A DNA stretch of 64,000 bases from Octopus vulgaris (GCA_951406725.2 OX597821.1:70122001-70186000); one strand, 5' to 3'; counted from the stretch's first letter, positions 1 to 13,797 are shown. Notes: generated by a model from the letters alone, not told the origin. Program-made: numbers and translations.

Positions 1-165
1 AGGAGGTGCAGATGAGGGCAGCTGCATTGAACTCTCTCATGCACCAAATGGCAGTTGCTAAAAAGCATTCGTGAAGTAAAATCATGTAGCAACACCAAAT
101 GGCGGTGCCCCAGCATGGCCACAGTTCGTGAGCTGAAACTAGATAAAATAAAATAATAAAAAAAA
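1..165 (+). mobile_element. 3' end of CR1/L2-like LINE (same family as 48308-50100)
   Basis: GAGGTGCAGATGAGGGCAGC...GGCGGTGCCCCAGCATGGCC...GCTGAAAC matches the tails at 42700-42835 and 49960-50100; ends in an A-rich tail. Confidence 0.8.
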
Positions 166-1444
166 TACATATATATATATATACGGCCTGAATGTGGAAT
201 AATATCAGAGTTCTAACATTAGCCGAAGGCCGTTTGGGACAGTGACAACCAGAAGCAGTTATAGCAACTTCAATACTTGAAACGTTCTTATTTTATCGAT
301 CCCAAGAAATAAGAAAAACAAATTGGTCTCGACAGGAATCGAACTTGGGACGACAAGGGAGCCATGAAGACTGTATATTTTGTTAATATGCGTTCCATAT
401 TCTGTTAACCTGCCGCCGTTTTTCTTTCAAAATTTTTCTAATTTTGACAAATGATTTTAAAATTGGAATAAAGCCATTAATTTTGAGGATGATCGGTTTT
501 GGGTCTAGTTTACTTGATCGATGCCTCCCGAGGCTTTAGTTTGTAACCCCATAGCCCTTCATTGGAAGAATGAAGGCAAAGTTTGAAATCAGAACGTAGA
601 AAGACGTCAGTAAATACTGCAAAATAGAATGTAACGCGCAACGGTATCACATGACCTGTTTGGTTAGAGATGGTGAGCTTACAATTGTTAGATCGTGATT
701 TCAAATCTCAGATCGGGTGGCAAGTTATATTCCTGAACAAGGCGCTACACTTCACGTTGCTCCAATCCACACATCTGAGGATGACTACCAGCGACAGCTG
801 GGAATTAACTTTCAGAAAGACTTGCGGCTCATCCAGGAAAGGCTGTGGCAACACGAAATAGCTTAAACACATGTGAAACTCGAATAAGCTCAGGCCTCAT
901 GCAGTTGTATGTGCCCGAAGCAGACACTTTATAAATGTTCAAGACTTTTAGAAGTTGTTTCAGAAGTTCTGATCTGGTTTGAAACTGGGTAACAGGGACT
1001 GTTACGAGGGATCTGTTTGATTCAATAAAAGGCGAGAGAAAATGAAAAAAAAAAAAGCAAGAATAGGAAAAAAGGAAATGAAATAAAATAGGTGGATAGA
1101 AAGAAAAGAAAGAAGGAAAGTAAAAGAATACAGAAAGATGGTGAGGTGGGGTAAAGGAATGAAAGAAGGAAGATACGAAGGAAGAAACGAAGGAAACTAC
1201 AAAAATACTGAAAAGTAAGGAGAAAGGAAGAAAAGAAGAGAAAAGGAGAAAAGAAAAGCTGAAAGAAAGAACGAATGAATAAGTGAAGGAAGGAATGTAA
1301 GGGACTTAGGGAAGAAAGAAGGAGAGGCAGAGGGAAGAAAGGAAGAAAGCTTTAAGCGACATTGATGGAAAGATTTAGTCGAATGAGGAATGAAGTAAAA
1401 TATTTTTTCTGTTATCGGAATGGTGGATGGAGACAGATGTTGCT

Positions 1445-2010
1445 CCATATATACTCAGTCATCATTGCAGCCACTCATTGCTAATGCCTCGTTAAACTGG
1501 GGGTAGGGCTCTCTGGAAGATCTTTCACTCTTTCTCTCCCCCGATGCTCTTGTCGAGGTCTCTAATTACGGCTGAAAAGTGGTTAGTGTTTCTAATTAGG
1601 CTTTCTGCAGAGGTAGTGTTTGCCTATCTTGAAGTGAACAGTAACATCCAAAAAGTCGACCTTCGCTAACTTCCTGGTTCGAGTAATAGTAAAGCTAAAT
1701 GTTTTGAAAATGGATTTCGGATTCTACCTGAACCTATTCAGTGGCTTGAGATTTCCAGGCCATCATCCCTGTACAGGACCGAATTTGAGAGCATATACGA
1801 TTTTTGAGTATCCAGGGTAAATGACCCTGTGGAATCAATAACCTCAGCCCTGTCGTAATTTTCTTCGGATAAATCGAACAGGGGCTTACGTTCCTTCATT
1901 ACCAAGTATGAAATGCCATGAACCAGGGGCGACTTTCTCGAGTTCCAAATGATTTTTGTCTCAACATCGCTAATTCTAGTAAATTGTCTACCAAAGTAGA
2001 AGGGACCAAA
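1445..2010 (-). pseudogene. Penelope-like reverse transcriptase relic
   Basis: Minus strand reads LYRDDGL and VDFLDVT plus a YD.AEV-like motif, the same motif set as 45385-46570; many stops and frameshifts. Confidence 0.65.
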
Positions 2011-2195
2011 ACGAAGATTTTCAATTTATGTATTTATGCACATGTGCATGTAACTATTGTACATGCGTATGTATAAGGGTGTATATGAAAAGTACAAACA
2101 CACACATACATACAAACACTCTCACACAAACGAGATGGAGAGCTGTGTTATGAAAATGTAATTCTTTTCTCAATTAAAGTGAACTTCATATTCAA

Positions 2196-2273
2196 GGCTC
2201 TGATGAAGCTATATAGGATGTTATCCTGTTACTCAACTAACAGCCCACCACATAGCGGAAACAGCTGTAAGCT
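2196..2273 (+). ncRNA. Type I hammerhead ribozyme motif (PLE-type)
   Basis: ggct-CTGATGA-a-gctat...atagc-g-GAAAC-agct-GTA-agct; palindromic loop 3; 3' half recurs at ~36305-36325. Confidence 0.7.
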
Positions 2274-2484
2274 AAGGGAGTTCATTGCATAACATTTTGC
2301 TTTTTCCAGTGTTGTCTCGTTGTTCTTATTACCACTCTTTACTCGTCTAACATTGTGTTCTGGACCATACATGTATTGAGTTCTACACCAGCCGTAGTGA
2401 GTGAACTACTATCGATCTGTTATTATTTGTTTATATACAGACATACAAATCAATGTACGCATACAGTAATATATACATATATAC

Positions 2485-2640
2485 AAAAAAAAAACAAGAC
2501 AAAAACAAAAGACGAAGACAGGTGGTGTACAAAACAAACAGATGTATTAGTATAACGCTCAGGAATAGGAAAAAGTCTTTTACATTTCGAGCCTACGCTC
2601 TTCTACAGAAAGGGACACAGAAAAAAAAAGGAGAGAAAAA
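2485..2640 (-). mobile_element. Short non-autonomous PLE-like element with variant hammerhead (2577-2612)
   Basis: Minus strand cttt-CTGTAGA-a-gagc-gtag-gctc-GAAA-TGTA-aaag; related copies at ~18215, 35075, 39000, 50750, 60465, 62175. Confidence 0.65.
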
Positions 2641-3102
2641 ATGTATATATACATATATATTTATATGCACGTGTGTGTGTGTGTGTGTGCGCGCGTGTGA
2701 AGCAACTCATTGATGTATAAAGTATCACATTGTGGCCTCAGTAAGTTTCTAGAGTAGAAAGTAACGCAACAAAAATCCCTCGCTAAATACTTGTCCTCCA
2801 TTTTTGCTTTCGGCTCATTTCTTGTTTACTTGTGTTTCTTTTCCCTGTTTATCTTCATTTACGTATTCTGAAAATGTTTGCTTTCTTCTAATTCTATAGT
2901 TTGAATTTGTGTTTCCATTCCATTTAAATCTCTATAAGAATTTCAATTAATTAACGTTATTTTAGTCATAGAAAAGATACAAATAAACAAATCGATGGTT
3001 TAAAATTAAAAAGAAGTCAATGAGGATTTGGTGACACCTGCGAGCTGTTTGAAATGGAGGAGATTTTATTCAAGTGATTAACGATTTTTAATGAATCTAA
3101 AA

Positions 3103-3187
<85 letters not shown>

Positions 3188-3479
3188 GATATCTCTCAAT
3201 ACACACACACACACATCGTTATCTCTCTCCACTTACGTACTCAACCGCACACACGCACACAGATTTAACATATCCGCCGTATTTTTTATTATCAATCAGT
3301 TTGAACTCGTTCTTTCCCCATCTCTCTCTCTTTTTCTTATATATTTGCACACACAAACATATAAACGTTCATGCATGCATGCACTCTTATATATTTGCAC
3401 ACACAGACATATAAACGTGCATGCATGCATGCACATATTAAAGATATAACAAAAATTATAAAAATAGAATTGAGAATAA

Positions 3480-4720
3480 TAAATAGAATCCCTCGTAGCG
3501 GAGCCGGCCGTCCATCTTGGGTAATTCGGGAAAAAACTTTATACAATATGTCTCGGATTGCTCTGCCCCCTCCAAAACATGGGAAGTGCCACTTTGCTTT
3601 TTCTCTCTTCCTCCTTAAAAGCTGCTTACACAGAGTCCATTCAGCCTCACCAGTCTTGCCATTCCCGTCCACCTTTTGATAAACACTCTAGAAGTTAGCG
3701 CTACCTTCTCCTATCCTCGCTTTCCTGTTCAAAAGAAATTTGAAGATAGTGAGAGCTTGGCCGGATAGGAAAGATCCTGTGCTCAAATCTTTGAGATGGG
3801 TCCACAACACAACCTCTTTTGTCACAGCCACTAAGCAGAGAAAAATCTGCTTCCCTTCTCTGCTAAAGGAAGCTGGTGCGTCGATCAACACGGAATGCTT
3901 GGTGGACAGCCGAACTCGTCTTAAACGAGACAACAGCTGCTCAACACAATCCCACAAATCACTAATGTGCGGACACTGAACGATTGCGAGCGCGACGGTT
4001 TAGTCATCTTTCAATGCATCCGGGGAAGTTAGTTGGCGCTTCCATACCTAAAGAGCTTGTCTCGGACCGGTAATTCCCCCCTGTAGCCCCCTGCTATGCC
4101 AAAGAGTTTTGGAAATTGTCCATAGTATTCAAGGTGAAATCCTCAAAAGAATCCACTCATACTGTCATTATACCCTCAACTAATCCACCCTATAGAAATC
4201 GTGAGTTATTTTCCTGCTAATGGCTTTGTTCCGTTGGTACAATGCTGTGAGCGTCTGGCAACATTCGAGTGGATAAAGACCAAAATCCTATTCTTTGTTT
4301 GACCCCGGACTACAGCTTGGTCACGGAAACGAGCTGCAGAAAGACGGGTCGTACGAAAGGCACCGACACCAATACACCCTCGTTTTCATCACCGTCCTTG
4401 ACACCTTTGCGGTGATTTAGATATTTCTGCAACTATGTCAATCTCAATGTGCGCTGGTGCATCATCAAGGACGGCATCCTGAGTACACCACAGAGTGGGT
4501 GTTGACTTCAGGTGGTTTTCCTTAAGAATCGGAAAAGCAAGCCCTCCAATCTGGTCAGAGTTTTCTTGCGAAAAGACACGACTGTTAGGCGTTAGTACAC
4601 CACCGAAGCGATGCACGCATTCGCTACTTCTGCCCGCTTTTCAGACGCAGTTTCATCTCACTATTTCTGTTTGCGATTGGCGATCCTGCTCGTGACCTCT
4701 TCCCAGTTCCTATCTGGAGA
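3480..4720 (-). mobile_element. Tx1/L1-clade LINE 3' relic (ORF2 C-terminus)
   Basis: Degenerate minus-strand coding: ..KRAEVANA.IASVVY.RL.., a Cys/His zinc-binding remnant, and ORF 3688-3957 (WDCVEQLLSR...FLCLVAVTKEVVLWT). Confidence 0.55.
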
Positions 4721-4734
4721 TCTGGTCCGAAATA

Positions 4735-5305
4735 ATAATTCTTTCTACTAAAGGCACAAGGCCTGACATTTTGAGGGAGTGGACTAGTCGATAAGAGCAA
4801 CCCCTGTGTTTCATAGGTACTTATTGTATCGACTCCGAAAGGATGAAAGGCAAAGTCGAACTCTGCAGAATGTGAACTCAGAACGTAAAGACAGACGAAA
4901 TGCCGCTAAGCCTTTGACCTAGCATGCTAACGATTCTGCCAACTCACCGACTCCTGGTCCAAAATAATAATATTGGTTTCACATTTGGCAGAAGGCTACC
5001 AATTTCGGAGGAGGTTTCAGTCGATCACGTTAACCCCAGTGCTTTACTGGTATTCATTTCATCGACCCCGTAGGCATGGAAAGCAAAGTCGGATTCGACA
5101 GAATTTGAACTCAGAACATAAAGACAGACAAGATACCACAAAACAATTTTCCCGACGCAGTAACCACTGTACCAGCTCACCGCTTTCAAAAGAATAAAAA
5201 ACTAAGTCAACCCCGGTGGCATTTGAACGCAGAAAATAAAGTCTGATGAAATGCCGCAAAGCATTTTGCCTGGTGCAGTAACGATTCTGTCAGTTCGGTA
5301 CTTTA
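4735..5305 (-). mobile_element. Cluster of three tRNA-derived SINE copies (family A)
   Basis: Repeated GAAAGGATGAAAGGCAAAGTCGA..GAA(T)TTGAACTCAGAAC..GCTAACGATTCTGCCA; the reverse complement gives a tRNA-like head with a GAGTTCAAATTC B-box; AAT-type ends. Confidence 0.8.
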
Positions 5306-5694
5306 CCATAAGGATAATAAATATCAATCACTTTTTGAGTAAATGCAATTACCAACAGAAAACGGGTATAAACGCAGGCTAGACTTTGCAAATAAAAGAG
5401 TGCTTTGGGATGTTAAGCAAGTGTGTAACTTGGTTAAGTGTGTGACTTGGTTAACATTTATATAATGTAAACAAACATACGTGCGCAGACACATTCAATC
5501 ACTCACACACGCATATGTATGCACATGCATGGATGTACATACATAGGTATGCGTATGTATGAGTATATATACATAAACACACACGCACACACACATATAT
5601 ATATAGGGAGAGGGGAATATATATATGCATAAGGCGGCGAGCTGGCAGAAACGTTAGCGCGCCGGGCGAAATGCTTTGCGGTATTTCGTCTGTG

Positions 5695-6500
5695 AGCATT
5701 CCGAATGACCGTCGAATCAAAAACAGAACTCCGCGTGCTTTGTTGGCAGCATGGACGCATTGGGCCGAAGGCGAAAAGGAAGAATCCACCAAGATACCCA
5801 GGTCCTTTACTTGGTCGGTCTTCTCCAGCAGCAGACGACCCGGTTCGAAATCAAGTTGAGTTGCAGGAGAGGAGCCAACAGGCAGATGACAGCACTTTGA
5901 CACGTTCAGACACAGGTCCCATTCGTTTGACCATCTCCAAACTTGGTGGAGGCATCGACGAAAATCTTCTATATCACTGCGAGGAGCGACCAGTTTGACA
6001 TCGTCGGCAAATAGAAGGGTGTGTTGCGTGAGGTCGTCGGGCAAGTCATTGATGAAGACTAAAAACAATATCGGCCCAAGCACTGAACCTTGAGGCATGC
6101 CACTGCTCGCACTGGAGACGTCGGACAGCGAACCATTAACTTGGACTTGGAAGGAGCGATCTGAGAGGAAGGCACCAACTCATCGTACAATACCCGGATG
6201 GAAACGATATGCTTGAAGTTTGACAAGTAATAGACGGTGATTAACCGAGTCAAAAGCTTTGGCAAAGTCCAATAAATCTATGTCAACAGCATCACCATCA
6301 TCCAGGATACGCGTCACCAATTCTTCCATTACCAGTAAGTTGGTCAAGCATGATCTCTTCGGCACGAAGCCGTGTTGGGAATCAGAGATAGAGGCGGTGT
6401 TTTGGAGGTGGAGCAACATACTTTTCTTCAGGATGGTTTCGAACATCTTGCTGATTATTGAAGTAAGGGAAACCGGTCGGTAGTTAAGCTGGTCTTCGCT
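5695..6500 (-). pseudogene. CR1/L2-like reverse transcriptase fragment
   Basis: RPVSLTSII, QHGFVPKRSCLTNLL, DFAKAFDSVNH, PQGSVLGPILFLVFINDLP, FADDVK; frameshifted across ORFs 6180-6446 and 5499-6098. Confidence 0.9.
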
Positions 6501-6639
6501 TAATGATGGGCTACAGCAAATATTCTGCTCAATACCACAGATTTGCTTGTCAGTTGTTTCACCTTTACCAGTTGACCACGTCCCTTAGTGGCTGGCGATA
6601 TGTGCATCTCTGATCATGAGCAGAAGTAGTGGGGGAGCA

Positions 6640-6955
6640 AGCTGACAACAAGGTATGCGATAAGGAATAAAGCAAAGTCGAAAGATATGATATGTTAGCT
6701 TGGGATGCTAAGCTGTTGTGGTCGTTGTAAAAGGTGGTAGTAGTTCCAATAATTGTTGGAGCCCTGGAAACAGTGAGTAAAAATCTTGAGAAGTACATGG
6801 AAGAAATAGGGGCTGCATGGAAGAAAACAGCACTGCTTAGAACCGATCGAACACTCCGGAAGGTGCTCGAAAAATAAGCTGGTAGTGAACAGCTGACACT
6901 GTAGTACATCTCCAGCGTTAGAAGTTGAGCAAAGACAATAATAATAATAATAATG
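6640..6955 (+). mobile_element. R4/Dong-like LINE 3' end (restriction-like endonuclease end)
   Basis: VVVPIIVGAL.TV.KNL...KTALL.T.RTLRKVL followed by a short UTR and (AAT)n. Confidence 0.75.
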
Positions 6956-6959
6956 TCTA

Positions 6960-8200
6960 CATAATGGTGGAAAAGGAGAATAACGCAGTCTATTAACGAG
7001 ACAAGAATAGAAGACAATATCTGGAACGGAAAAAAAGAAATGAAATTCAACGAGAGAAATATGTTCAGTTAGAGAGGAAGTATAGTGTAAAGAGAAAGGG
7101 AATCAATGTTGTGATTGAGGAATGAAAACCGAGGTTGAAAACTAAAGCACATAAACTAAAGAGATATGAACAGAGAATTGAGCAATACAAAGTAAACAGA
7201 CTCTTGGAACAATATCGGAAACGAGTCTATCAGGAACTGGATGGGAAAGAAAAAGGTAAAAATGCTGTGCCGGATGCTGAAGAAAACAAAGGATCCTGGT
7301 CAAACATATAGTCTCAGGAGAAACAACACGAAACTGAAGCAGAGTGGTTTAAGACACTGGAGGTTTTGAGTATAACCAAGGAGATAATTAGTGATCAGTG
7401 CAGGAAAATTCCTAATTGGAAAGCGCCTAACCCAGATGGGGCTCGGGGCTTTTGGCGTAAAAACTCAGCAGAAGAGAATTGCAAAATAGATGGACGAAAT
7501 ACTGAGTAGTGACATCCAAGTACCGGCCTGAAGAGCAAGACCGGCACTATGCCAAAAGGACCCAAATAAAGGGAATGCGGTTGGAAATGTCCGACCAATA
7601 TCTTGTTTGCCACTGATGTGGAAACTGATGACGGGCATCATATCAAACAGTATCTGTAAGTACCTAGATGAGAACAACCAGTCGAATAAAAAGGGTGTAG
7701 ACGTAACAGCAGATGAATGAAAGATCAATTACTAATCGACAAGACTATCCTGGCTGACTGCAAAATACACAAATATTTGGCGATGGCATGGGTGGACTGC
7801 AGGAAAGCATATGACATGGTCCCACACGCGTAGATTATTGAAAACCTTAAAATACTTAAGGTCTCCCAAAATATCCTGAAGTTGATACAAAACTCAATGA
7901 CAATGTGGCGAACTCAACTCACAGCATGGGGAGATAAGCTGGGAGAAGTACATATCAAAAGAGGAATCTTTTAAGGGGACACTCTGTCGCCTTTTCTATT
8001 TGTTGTCTGCATATTGGCACTAACGAGCGTCTTAAGATGCGTGTGAGGTACATGCTAGGCAGGGTGAAAGTAAACAACCTGTGGTTTATGGATGAGCTAA
8101 AGCTATTCGCTAAGACTGAGAAAGAAATTGAGAGTTTGACGGCAACTGTGAGGATGATTAGCTAAGATATTGGCATGGAATTTGGGATCGAGAAATGTGG
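6960..8200 (+). pseudogene. R4/Dong-like reverse transcriptase relic
   Basis: NWKAP.PDG, RPISCLPLMWKLMTGII, KDQLLIDK, MAWVD.RKAYDMVPH, KRGIF.GDTLSP, FMDELKLF, DIGMEFGIEKC; multiple stops. Confidence 0.85.
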
Positions 8201-8364
8201 TCGATTAGATCAACCTCAGTGCGTAACTGGTGCTTAATTTATCAATTCCGTAAGGATGAAAGGCAAAGTCAACCGCGGCGAAATTTGAACTCAAAACGTA
8301 ACGGTAGACGAAATACCGCCAAGTATTCAGCCCGGCGTGCTAAGGATTCTGCCAGCTTGCCACT

Positions 8365-9300
<936 letters not shown>

Positions 9301-10674
9301 TGCTAAATTACACACAAGGACAAGCATTTTCAGCGAAGAAACCATCAACAGCGGTTGAGTGATTTTTTTTATTTAACTGATTCCAAGAAGAGAAATAAAA
9401 CTGTCCTCAATAGAATTTGAACTCGGAACTTCAGAAAATAAACCAAATATACCAAGGCAACTAGTCCAATATCCCAGTGATTCTACCAGTCTCCCCCTCT
9501 TCCACAAAGTAACAACAAAAATTATTTGTCGATCTTGTAAAAACTTGTCTGTAGTGTCTATGAGTGCATACATAAGTGTCCCAAAATATTGTATATCAAG
9601 CAGCGGTATAAACAAATATACGCACACGCTTACATACATTAAAATATACCTACACATCAACACGTATACATGTATGTATGTATGTGTGTGTGTGTGTGTG
9701 TGTGTCTGCATGTATGTGCGTGTATGTGTATATATTTGTGCGTGTGTGTGTGGTTGAGGTTGAAATCACACACGTCGCAAAGTACAAAGACATCAATAGA
9801 TTAAAATATAACGAGCAGCAGAAACAATGAAATCGCACTTGAAACCGTTAAAAATTTGAAGACAAAACTCAGAGAATTCTCCAAACAAACTGAACCCCCA
9901 GCCAAGCAATTCACAAAAGGTACATAAAATATAAATATATATATAAGGACATTATAGTATTAAAGCTATATTTGTTGAAGGAGTCATATATCAACGCTAT
10001 TGATTCATATAATGAAATGTGCCATTGTAACGGGGTTGACATAAGCTCTGTGTTCATACAGGATGTTGATTTTATATTGCTGATAATTAAAAACTGCAGG
10101 GTAACATACACTGTTAGCGTATACAGACATACACACAGATACACACTCCACTCGCAGATGTGGATGTGTAGGTGCTGGCGTGTGTGGTTAAGAAATTCGC
10201 TTATTAAAACTTGTGGTCTTGGGTTCGGTCCTACTGCGTGGCAGCTTGTGTAAATGTCTTCTGCTAAGCCCTGTGCCGACCAAAAGTTTTAAGTGGATTT
10301 GGTAGACGGAAACTGAAAAAAGCTCATTTTGTACACACACAAACACACACTAGTTATATATATAATTAGTTGCTTATTGACATTGTCTGCAAGTGGCTAA
10401 GCATACTGTAGCTACTAGTATACTTCATGAAATCCTAAAACTGAATCAGTGAGTGGGAGTGTGTGACAAAACTGTAACTTGCCTTGCTGATATGACATAT
10501 CCGACGGGCCTCAGTGCAGTTTCTGCCAAACCAGATTCGTTGTAGAAAGGCCACTAACCAAACATACCATGTACTGAGATGGAACTTATGAACGCGCGTT
10601 TGCTAAGCGACCTTCTTAACCATTCCATTATATACCGGTGTGCATAAGTGCATCTATATGCATACACTTTATAG

Positions 10675-10960
10675 ATACACCAGGGTAATCACATAAATGC
10701 GAAACAAGGTGGAAAAATAGTACTCCAATACCAGAGGTAGAGTAATATGCTTCACAAAAACTGTTACTCAGAGTTCCACGTTCCCGGTCGTTGGACAGTT
10801 TTGCTTAGATTCTAATCAAAACTGTGCGACGAACGGGAACGTGGAACACTGAGTAACAGTTTTTGTGATATTTCTGCTGCTTTTTAATAAAGTTCATTAC
10901 TCTACTTCTGGTATTCGAGTACTATTTTTCCACCTTGTTTCGCATTTATCTGATTACCCT

Positions 10961-10965
<5 letters not shown>
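10675..10965. mobile_element. Fold-back PLE-like element with two decayed hammerheads
   Basis: Inverted arms centred near 10810; aaaactgt-[g]CGACGA-acg-ggaa-cgt-GGAAC-actga-GTA-acagtttt; family copy at 39221-39550; abuts (TA)n. Confidence 0.75.
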
Positions 10966-11003
<38 letters not shown>

Positions 11004-11203
11004 GACAAATCCGAATTATCTTATTACGGATAATTCGAAAAGATAACCGATACCTGGGTAGCAAACTCACAACAGAAAAAGCACGGTTGAAGTTACGACC
11101 ATAGGGCATAAACTCCGTGCCTTAGTGCAAAATTTGAAGTTTAATATATTAAGTATAGGAAAGAATGGAGCTGAACGAAGATTTAACAAAATTCCTTTAT
11201 TTC

Positions 11204-11288
11204 ATTTTCGACATATGTTTCGAAGTCTGCAAAGTCCCTAATTCCGAATGAATAGGAGTCCATTATGCAGCTTTCTCTTCAGGAAAAT
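11204..11288 (-). ncRNA. Type I hammerhead ribozyme motif
   Basis: attttc-CTGAAGA-long stem II-GAAAC-atat-GTC-gaaaat on the minus strand. Confidence 0.8.
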
Positions 11289-12465
11289 CCAGGAACTTAA
11301 TTCTCCAACAAAATGCACAACAAGTTTTTCGACGACTGCTCACGAGGAGCCCATAGAGATAATGATAAATAATGTCTATTTATAGGGGGTGACGCCAGAT
11401 TGGTTGAAAGTATGAGAAAATGTCCGTTGAAATAGTTCAAGGGTTCAATCAAGGTAGGAGAAGGAAGGTATAGGAAAATTGAAGTGAGGGAATGTATTCT
11501 GTATGACTGGTGTTTATATTTGATTTATTTTATGAATGAGTGCTCGTATGTATGAGTGTGTAAAATTGCCTTAATGTGTGTGTGTGTGCGTCTTTCAATG
11601 CGTGAATGTGTGTTTGGAAGGCAGAGAGAAAGCGGTAGAAAGAATTAACGGTCAGGAACTGAAAAGACTGTGTCTGAATATGAAAGAGTTCGGAATTACA
11701 GAGGGCACAGATTTTTCTGCCCTTATCAAACGGTAAGGACACGGTGTCTTTACCGTTTGATAAGAGGCAGAAAAATCTGTGCCTTCTGTAATTCTCTTTC
11801 ATATTCTGTTTGCCAGGCCAACTAATAAACTCGATTGTCGAGAGTTCTTTCAGATGCCTACACTGGAAAAAGCATACCTTTCACTCATACCAATGAAGTC
11901 TAATATAGATAACCCCTGGATTTCCTACAAAATTGAAAGGTGATATCTCATCCCTTTAGTATAAAAGACTTTCTCATAATCGCTAAAACTACTACCAATC
12001 CCAGCAGTAACCTTCTATCTTGTCATTACTATTGTGGTCTCCATCTGCCCTCGCCCTATTAATTTGACACATTCGAACACACAGACACAGTCTTTTCAGT
12101 TCCTGACCGTTAATTCTTTCTATCTCTTTCTCTCTGCCTTCCAAACACACATTCACGCATTGAAAGACGCACACACACACATTAAGGCAATTTTACACAC
12201 TCATACATACGAGCCTCATTCATAAAATAAATCCAATATAAACACCAGTCATACAGAATACATTCCCTCACTTCAATTTTCCTATACCTTCCTTCTCCTC
12301 CCTTGATTGAACCCTTGGACTATTTCAACGGACATTTTCTCATACTTTCAACCAATCTGGCGTCACCCCTATAAATAGACATTGTTTATCATTATCTCTA
12401 TGGGCTCCTCGTGAGCAGTCGTCGAAAAACTTGTTGTGCATTTTGTTGGAGAATTAAGTTCCTGG

Positions 12466-12551
12466 ATTTTCCTGAAGAGAAAGCTGCATAATGGACTCCT
12501 TATTCATTCGGAATTAGGGACTTTGCAGACTTCGAAACATATGTCGAAAAT
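12466..12551 (+). ncRNA. Type I hammerhead ribozyme motif
   Basis: attttc-CTGAAGA-gaaagctgca...tgcagacttc-GAAAC-atat-GTC-gaaaat; 6-bp stem I, GUC cleavage triplet. Confidence 0.85.
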
Positions 12552-12595
12552 GAAATAAAGGAATTTTGTTAAATCTTCGTTCAGCTCCATTCTTT

Positions 12596-12676
<81 letters not shown>

Positions 12677-13403
12677 CACACATGCATACATACATATGTG
12701 TGTGTGTGTGTGTTTAGATATAGGCATATATAATATATACATATGGAAGAGGTGCTTGTATAAGCCATTCCTGTCTCGAGTCTCAGGACGTGTACGAGTG
12801 ACCGAGATCACAACGCCACCTCTGAACGGGACGCCAGGGGTGTACACCTTTGCGGCTGAGTGGACTGGAGCAACGTGAAATAAAGTATTTCGTTGAAAAA
12901 CTCAACGTACGGCGCAGTCCGAGTATCGAAACTGTGATCTTACGATCGTGCGTGCCACACCCTAACCACTACGCCACGCGCCTTCTCCGTGTTTATGTAC
13001 ACGTACATAAACACATTATACACGCCCTCATATGCACTGGATAAGATCTGAAAGGATCAATTAGAATGCTAATTCAATGCTTTGAATTTTTGTCATCTTT
13101 GGTTACGTGACAACTCGACATTGTTATTTATGACGATATTAAAAAGGTGTGGGGTGGGAGGAGGGACTTCGAAAATGTACCAAACTCGTTGTTGATAAAC
13201 TTGTTTATATTGTCCGAGATGGACGTAGTAACATAATATTGTTACTGTATCTCATGTAAAAGTATAAAATATATACCATGGACAACTACATAATGTTATC
13301 TATTAATATATAACACTTGAATAGGTATGTATATGAAGATATCTGTTACCTAATCCATATCAAAATACATAGTCAGCTGACTATAGTAAATTCTATGAAA
13401 ATA

Positions 13404-13797
13404 CTAGCAGTATCGCCCGGCGTTGCTCGGGTTTGTTTCGACCCTTTAAAATTGGAATTTTTGGAAAAGTAAAAATTTTGCATTATGTAGCTTGTTATTC
13501 TCTTTAAGTGAACATTTTTCAGGTTGAAATACACCGAAAAATGGCGACACAGCAGTCAAAAAATCGTAAAAAATCGGGATTTTCATAGAAAAAAAGCACC
13601 TTTTTGATGTAAATAATTTTTGGTGTTAACATGGTCCGATTTGAATTTTTTCTCCTACGGAAGGAAGAGCACGCCTTCTATCATACTATCAATTTTGGTC
13701 AACTTGCGCCGCAGGATCTCGGAGGAGATAGTGTTAGTTGAAGGCTACCAAACCTGCCACACACACGCAGCCAAATTCAGCTTTATTTATAGAGAGA
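13404..13797 (-). mobile_element. Non-autonomous Helitron
   Basis: Minus strand starts TC, ends with hairpin CCCGAGCAACGCCGGG then CTAG, sits between A and T, no TSD. Confidence 0.85.

Larger units (their letters stand above)
11001..12601. mobile_element. Large fold-back element between (TA)n tracts, ~520 bp inverted arms
   Basis: 11154-11676 is the near-identical reverse complement of 12082-12601; internal hairpin 11677-11805; one hammerhead per arm; diverged family copy at 34645-35010. Confidence 0.85.
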
